Assembly: GCA_963725795.1 (NCBI GenBank)
Contig: CAVRZR010000003.1
Span: 112,362 to 176,361, forward strand
DNA from: an uncultured Actinomycetes bacterium
Lineage (GTDB): Bacteria; Actinomycetota; Coriobacteriia; Anaerosomatales; CAVRZR01
DNA: 64,000 bases
Direction: 5' to 3'
Part shown: positions 59,206 to 64,000 of the stretch, one piece after another
How the letters are laid out: each line of letters opens with the position of its first letter
Numbering within the stretch: position 1 is the first letter of the stretch
The notes under the pieces: generated by a model
Database searches by the model: none
Seen by the model: only the letters and a program-made list of their open reading frames with translations
What the model was told of the DNA's origin: nothing
Position numbers and translations under genes: made by a program

Positions 59206-60780
59206 CTACGTCTGGCGCCCGGCCCTGCGCCGAGCCACCGAGCGCTCGTGCTCTCCGGGCAGCGGGCACGTGTTCGGACCCTCAACGAGGGCTCTGCACC
59301 TCGTGTCGATCCCCTTCAGGATTCCGCCGAAGACGAAGTGGTGGAACGGCTTCACCGAATACCAGTACGCGCGCCCCAGCACGCCTTTCGCGTCGAACAG
59401 CGCCGTCTGGCGGACCAAGGTCCGATCGCCGCGGGTCGCGAGTTCGTACTGCAGCCACCCTCGGCCGGGCAACACCATCTCGGCTCGGAGTCGCAGCAGC
59501 CTGGGCGAATCGACACGCTCGACGACCCACCACTCGAGATGATCGCCCTCCACGAGCGCGTACGGATCGCGCCGACCGCGTCGCCTTCCCGGCCCGCCGA
59601 GAAGCAGATCGATGAAGCCTCGCAGATCCCACAGGGTGTCGTAGGCGTACCATCCGTTCTCGCCGCCGATGCACGCGACCGGATCGAATGCGGCTTCGGG
59701 AGGGCAGTCCACGAGCATGGCTCGCGAATCGACGTACCTCCCTTCGCGCACCGGGTGTTGAGGTGCGGCAGAGTCGCCGAGTTCGTCCACCCACATGATT
59801 CGATCGAACAGGGCGTCCTCGGCCTCGAACGCGCGGTGCATCGCCTCCTCGGCGCCGATAGGCTTCACCTGCGGGAAGTCACGCGAGGCTGAATCATCGG
59901 TCACAACCGTCGGGAATCTGAGCGACTCTGCGAGCTGCCGTCCCACTGTCGCTTGTTTGGGCGTGAAGAGGTAGAGCCACCAGCCGGAAAGCCCTGGAGA
60001 CAGGATCGGCACCGGGATGATGAGTCGCCTCAGTCCGCGCCGCGCCGCATAGAGAGCCAGCAGCCCCCCGTACGTGACTATGTCAACGCCGCCGATCTCG
60101 TAGATGCGGTGCGCCTCGTCGGGATCGAGTTCGAGGTCGATAGCCGCGAGCAGGTACGAGACGACGTCGGCGATCGCGATCGGCTGGGCAGGCATCCGCA
60201 CCCAGCGCGGAGTCGTCATGACGGGCAGCTTTTCAGTGAGATTCCGAATCATCTCGAACGACGTGGAGCCACTGCCGATCACGATGGACGCGCGGAACTC
60301 GACGACCGGCACGCCGGTCTCGGACAGGATCCGCCCCACTTCCTGACGGCTGGCCAGGTGCTCCGAGAGCACGTCTCGCTCTTGCCCGAGCCCGCCCAGG
60401 TATACGATGCGCCGCACGCCGGCGGCCGCCGCTTCCTCCGCGAAGATCCGTGCGGCCGTTCGGTCGCGGGCGGCATAGTCGGCGCCTGCACCGAGCGTGT
60501 GCACCAGGTAGAACGCCGTGTCGACGGTCTCGAGCGCCGAGCGCACGGCAGCTCGGTCCATGACGTCCACCGTGACGAGCTCGACTCCCGGCATCGCCGG
60601 TACCCGCGACGTGTGTCGCGCTGCCGCTCGAACGCGATAGCCGTCCGATGCGAGACGCGGCAGGACGTGCGAGCCGATGTAGCCCGACGCTCCCATGACG
60701 AGCACCACCGAACCGGCCCCGTCTACCAACACGATCCTCCCCGACCGCGAACGGGTTGCTTCATCACGCATTTCCGTCAA
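59206..60780 (-). CDS. NAD(P)-binding (NmrA/atypical SDR) domain fused to a DUF2867-like domain
   Basis: ORF 59206..60780(-). VLVMGASGYIGSHV Rossmann motif and a C-terminal half of about 200 aa typical of DUF2867 partners. Confidence 0.65.
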   Translation of the reverse strand: MTEMRDEATRSRSGRIVLVDGAGSVVLVMGASGYIGSHVLPRLASDGYRVRAAARHTSRVPAMPGVELVTVDVMDRAAVRSALETVDTAFYLVHTLGAGADYAARDRTAARIFAEEAAAAGVRRIVYLGGLGQERDVLSEHLASRQEVGRILSETGVPVVEFRASIVIGSGSTSFEMIRNLTEKLPVMTTPRWVRMPAQPIAIADVVSYLLAAIDLELDPDEAHRIYEIGGVDIVTYGGLLALYAARRGLRRLIIPVPILSPGLSGWWLYLFTPKQATVGRQLAESLRFPTVVTDDSASRDFPQVKPIGAEEAMHRAFEAEDALFDRIMWVDELGDSAAPQHPVREGRYVDSRAMLVDCPPEAAFDPVACIGGENGWYAYDTLWDLRGFIDLLLGGPGRRRGRRDPYALVEGDHLEWWVVERVDSPRLLRLRAEMVLPGRGWLQYELATRGDRTLVRQTALFDAKGVLGRAYWYSVKPFHHFVFGGILKGIDTRCRALVEGPNTCPLPGEHERSVARRRAGRQT

Positions 60781-63157
60781 GACCGTGCCCGCCGAACGCG
60801 TTGCGCAGCGCCGTCAGCACACGGCCGGTGTAGCTCGGCTTCTTGAAGCTGTCGATCCTGAACCGCAAGGCGGTCTCGATGCCGGGCACGGGCAGGCCCG
60901 CATCGCGCGCCGCGTCAACGGTCCACTCGCCCTCGCCCGTGTGGCGTACCGTGCCAGATACGGCCTCGAGATCGTCCCCCAGTGTCGCGTACGCGTCGCG
61001 GAGCCATCCCATCAGGCGCGACTGAACGACGCTGCCGTGCTGGTAGATGTCTGCGACTCGCCTAAGGTCGAGTTCGTACGGACCGTCGTGCATGAGCGCA
61101 AAGCCGTCGGCGACCGCCTGCATCATCCCGTACTCGATACCGTTGTGGACCATCTTCACGAAATGGCCTGCGCCGATGCCGGGGAAATGCGCGTAGCCGC
61201 CGGGGACCGACACGTCGGCGAGCATCGGCTCGAGCCGCTCGAAGTCCTCTCGGCTGCCGCCGAGCATGAGACACGCTCCGTGCCGTGCGCCGGCCGGGCC
61301 ACCGCTCGTGCCGCAATCAACGAAACGGATGCCTCGCTCTCCCAGTCGCGCGGCACGCTGCCCCGCACTGGAGAAGTGGCTGTTGCCACCGTCGACGATG
61401 GTGTCCCCAGGCTCCAACACGTCCGCGAGCCCAGGCACGTGCTCCCCGTCTTCACCTGCTTTGCCGAATAGCATGTCGTCCACCGCGGCACCGGCGGGCA
61501 CCATGACCCATACGATGCGTGGAGCGGGTAGCAGCGCCGCCACGTCGGCCATCGTGCGCGCAGCGATGATGCCCTCGGCCTCCATCGCCTCCGCACGCGA
61601 CGTCGTCCGATTGAAGGCGACGACACGCCAGCGGTGAGCGTGAAGATTGCGCGCCAGCCCTGCACCCATCTTGCCGAGGCCCACGATGCCGACCGAGCGC
61701 TGCGCTGTCGCCGATCGGCTCGAGATCGCCGCCGCGGCGCGATCGGCAATGTCCGGGCAACCGTGTTCGTACGTCTCGAGCGGCACGACTCCGTCACGCC
61801 AGGCCTCAACGATCGGGTCGACGAACCGCCAGCCAGCTTCAATCTCCGCCGAAGAGACGAAGAGCGTCTGATCTCCTCGGAAGGCGTCATACAGCAGCCG
61901 CGCGTATTCCTCGACGTATTGCGCCTTCTCGCCCTTCTCGTAGAGGAAGAACGAAAGCGTGTGCTCCTCGACCTCGGACGAGAAACCGGGCTTCTTGCTG
62001 TAGAAGACGATCTCGATCGATTCCGCCGGCTCCAGCGAGAACACGATCCTGTTTGGATACCGCTGCTCGGGCTCGCAGAGGCACAGCGGCGGCTGCCGGA
62101 ACCGCACAACGATCCGTTTGTCGGGAGTACCGACGGCCTTTCCCGACTCCATCATCACCGGCACGCCGGCCCAGCGCTCGCCGCGCAGCTCGGTCTCGAG
62201 GCGATAGTAGGTCTCGCTTTGCGAGTCCGGCGCGACCCCCTCGGCGGCCAGATAGCCCTCGTACTGAGCTCGGAAGGTGCAGCGAGCGACCTCACCCGGC
62301 GTCATCGGGCGGAGTAGAGTCTCCATCGCCGCCGCCCGCGCTGCACGGATGTCCAGCGCATGCTTCGAGGACGGTTGCTCCATGGTGACGAGCGCCAGCA
62401 TCTCCAGCAGGTGGTTCTGGCCGACATCGCGCAGCGCGCCCATCCGGTCGAAGGAGGGACCCCGGCTGCCGACGTCGACGCGCTCGAGCAGCGAGATGTC
62501 GATGCGCTCGATGGCCTGGCGGTTCCACTCGGCCTCGAACAGGTTGTTCGTGAACCGGAAGTCCATGATGCCCTGGAGCATCTCCTTGGCGAGGTAGTGG
62601 TCGATGAAGTACGTCTGTTCCTCACGGAGCAGTTCGTTGACCCGCGTGACGAGTTGCTTGCTCGAGTCCTCGTCGACGCCGAGCGGCTTCTCGATCAGGA
62701 CGCGGGTCCACCCCGTCAGGTCGCTGCATGGTGCCGAGAGGCCCTGGGCGGCGAAGCCTTCAAGGATGTCGAGGTAACTCGACGGCGGGACGGCGAGGTA
62801 GAAGAGCTTGTTCGTGCACAGCCCCCACTCCTCATCTATCGACTTCAGGTAGAGGGAGAGGCGGCCGTAGGAGTCGGGCTTCATCAGATCGCCGTCGAAG
62901 TAGCGGAAGAGGTCGAGGAACTTGCTGCTGGCCCCAGGAGTCTCTTCGGGGCTCTTCTCGGCGAGGAGTCCGCCGACGTATTCCCGCAAGCGTGCATCGT
63001 CCCAGCCGCGACGCCCGAAGCCGACGATACAGGTGCGGTCGGGCAGCAAGTCCCGCGAGAACAGGTGGTGGAGCGAGGGCACGATCTTTCGCCTCATCAG
63101 GTCTCCGGTCGCGCCGAAGACCACGAGGATGGTGGGGGACATCTCTTGGCCGGGCAT
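60764..63157 (-). CDS. zwf: Apparent fusion of glucose-6-phosphate dehydrogenase (Zwf) and short-form 6-phosphogluconate dehydrogenase (Gnd/YqeC-like)
   Basis: Single frame ORF 60764..63310(-). N-terminal half: VVFGATGDLMRRKI, EKPLG, IDHYLAKE. A linker of about 15 aa follows. C-terminal half: VGIVGLGKMGAGLARNL, VDGGNSHF, CGTSGGPAGARHGACLMLGG, GAGHFVKMVHNGIEYG. No stop or start codon lies between the halves. ATG 63155-63157 follows AGGAG. Confidence 0.75.
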   Translation of the reverse strand: MPGQEMSPTILVVFGATGDLMRRKIVPSLHHLFSRDLLPDRTCIVGFGRRGWDDARLREYVGGLLAEKSPEETPGASSKFLDLFRYFDGDLMKPDSYGRLSLYLKSIDEEWGLCTNKLFYLAVPPSSYLDILEGFAAQGLSAPCSDLTGWTRVLIEKPLGVDEDSSKQLVTRVNELLREEQTYFIDHYLAKEMLQGIMDFRFTNNLFEAEWNRQAIERIDISLLERVDVGSRGPSFDRMGALRDVGQNHLLEMLALVTMEQPSSKHALDIRAARAAAMETLLRPMTPGEVARCTFRAQYEGYLAAEGVAPDSQSETYYRLETELRGERWAGVPVMMESGKAVGTPDKRIVVRFRQPPLCLCEPEQRYPNRIVFSLEPAESIEIVFYSKKPGFSSEVEEHTLSFFLYEKGEKAQYVEEYARLLYDAFRGDQTLFVSSAEIEAGWRFVDPIVEAWRDGVVPLETYEHGCPDIADRAAAAISSRSATAQRSVGIVGLGKMGAGLARNLHAHRWRVVAFNRTTSRAEAMEAEGIIAARTMADVAALLPAPRIVWVMVPAGAAVDDMLFGKAGEDGEHVPGLADVLEPGDTIVDGGNSHFSSAGQRAARLGERGIRFVDCGTSGGPAGARHGACLMLGGSREDFERLEPMLADVSVPGGYAHFPGIGAGHFVKMVHNGIEYGMMQAVADGFALMHDGPYELDLRRVADIYQHGSVVQSRLMGWLRDAYATLGDDLEAVSGTVRHTGEGEWTVDAARDAGLPVPGIETALRFRIDSFKKPSYTGRVLTALRNAFGGHGLDGNA

Positions 63158-63383
63158 GGGGCTCCTGCTCGTCGAAGGGACGCGCGGGCGCGAGGGATCC
63201 CTGCTCGCGCGGAAACAGTCACTGCGGATTCTTCCCATTGTCCTTGTGCGACGTTGCCGACGAGTCCAGGGACCGCACCCAACGCCGACATCCAGCGCAG
63301 TGCGGGACAATCAGCGGATTGCGGGGACAATAACGGAAGCGCCCCGCGGGGCTGAGGATCAGGCGACGGATTCGGGGTGGACG

Positions 63384-63794
63384 ATGTCTCTCGGCAAGGC
63401 GGCAGGGCTATATGCGATCTGCGCAGTCGTGTTCTTCGCGCTCGACTTCGTGTGGCTCTCAGTCGCCACTTCACGCATCTATCGGCCGTACCTCGGGGAT
63501 CTGCTCGCTGACCAGCCGAAGCTCGCCGTGGCTGCGGCGTTCTACCTCGCGTACGTCGTTGGGGTGATCGCCCTCGCCGTCGTTCCCGGAGCACGGGAGG
63601 GAGCTGTCGTCGGCGCGCTGTGGCGCGGAGCGCTTCTCGGCTTCCTCGCGTACGCGACCTACGACCTGACCAACCTCTCGACCATTCGGGATTGGGCGTG
63701 GCAGGTCTCCGCCATCGATATGGTGTGGGGAACGGTACTCACGAGCGTGGTCTCGGTCGTCGGGTTCTACGCCTGGGGATGGCTCGACCTCTAG
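63384..63794 (+). CDS. DUF2177 family membrane protein
   Basis: ATG 63384 in ORF 62922..63794. Four TM, with FFALDFVWL and YATYDLTN. Confidence 0.7.
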   Translation: MSLGKAAGLYAICAVVFFALDFVWLSVATSRIYRPYLGDLLADQPKLAVAAAFYLAYVVGVIALAVVPGAREGAVVGALWRGALLGFLAYATYDLTNLSTIRDWAWQVSAIDMVWGTVLTSVVSVVGFYAWGWLDL

Positions 63795-63823
63795 CGTCTG
63801 CGCAGTGCTCGCTGCGGTAGACG
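63795..63823 (+). terminator. Hairpin immediately after the DUF2177 stop codon
   Basis: CGTCT-G-CGCAG tgctcg CTGCG-GT-AGACG: 10 bp in two blocks. There is no clear U-tract. Confidence 0.35.
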
Positions 63824-64000
63824 GGGGGTGAGTCGCGCCGCGCCGCCGGACTGCTATCAGACAGCCGCGTCGGCTCCTCTGCCGCGGGGCGACACCGAAC
63901 GGCCTTTCTTGGGTAGATGCAACGGTAAGAGAAAGGCCGTCCATGCTGGTTGCATGAACGGTGTCACCGAGGGTATACTTTCACCCTCTCGTTAGGGTCC

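Noticed and set aside
59140-63355. Plus-strand ORFs 59140..59892, 59953..60846, 60695..61471, 61634..62317, 62360..63355
   Set aside because: All are antisense to the NmrA/DUF2867 and Zwf-Gnd genes, which carry clear Rossmann and catalytic motifs on the minus strand.

Overview
GC-rich, gene-dense chromosomal segment of about 65 genes. Its gene content looks like a monoderm, Actinomycetota-type organism; that placement is inference (lipobox lipoproteins, PASTA domains, heliorhodopsin, xfp/ackA). Left to right: a phoR/phoP pair divergent from pstSCAB; a PadR plus membrane-sensor module; UbiB kinase, DOPA-dioxygenase and pirin; a DUF2089 three-gene module; CDGSH, CsbD and CspA. Then tRNA-Ser(CGA), whose 3' 61 nt are repeated 3.2 kb downstream, bracketing a decayed ABC exporter. 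Next come an M19 dipeptidase, DUF1611 and an ADP-forming acetyl-CoA synthetase. A heliorhodopsin follows, then a tandem ferritin-like protein, a disulfide reductase and an arsenosugar-type cluster (TIGR04282-like, TIGR04283-like GT2, ArsM-like, ArsS). Then an exported bactofilin-like membrane protein, a second inverted DUF1611 paralog with a large C-terminal extension, and a second PadR module. After those come msrA, rpiA and ackA-xfp, with a UbiA prenyltransferase and a MenG-like methyltransferase directly downstream. The window ends with a secreted 7 x 23-aa tandem-repeat protein, a winged-helix regulator and a 9-heme c-type cytochrome, the COG2907/DUF1365/cfa lipid-modification cluster, a 5-PASTA lipoprotein and an apparent Zwf-Gnd fusion. 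Most interesting observations: (1) two convergent candidate selenoproteins, namely an in-frame UGA at the As-binding Cys column of the ArsM-like enzyme followed by a SECIS-like hairpin, and a near-C-terminal UGA in ArsS; (2) heliorhodopsin co-oriented with redox/iron and arsenic genes; (3) the repeat-protein/regulator/multiheme-cytochrome locus; (4) the integrase-less tRNA-Ser att duplication; (5) about 17 frame disruptions, almost all of the same +1-nt type. The last point suggests consensus insertion errors and limits every pseudogene call. No CRISPR array, rRNA or recognisable transposase was seen.
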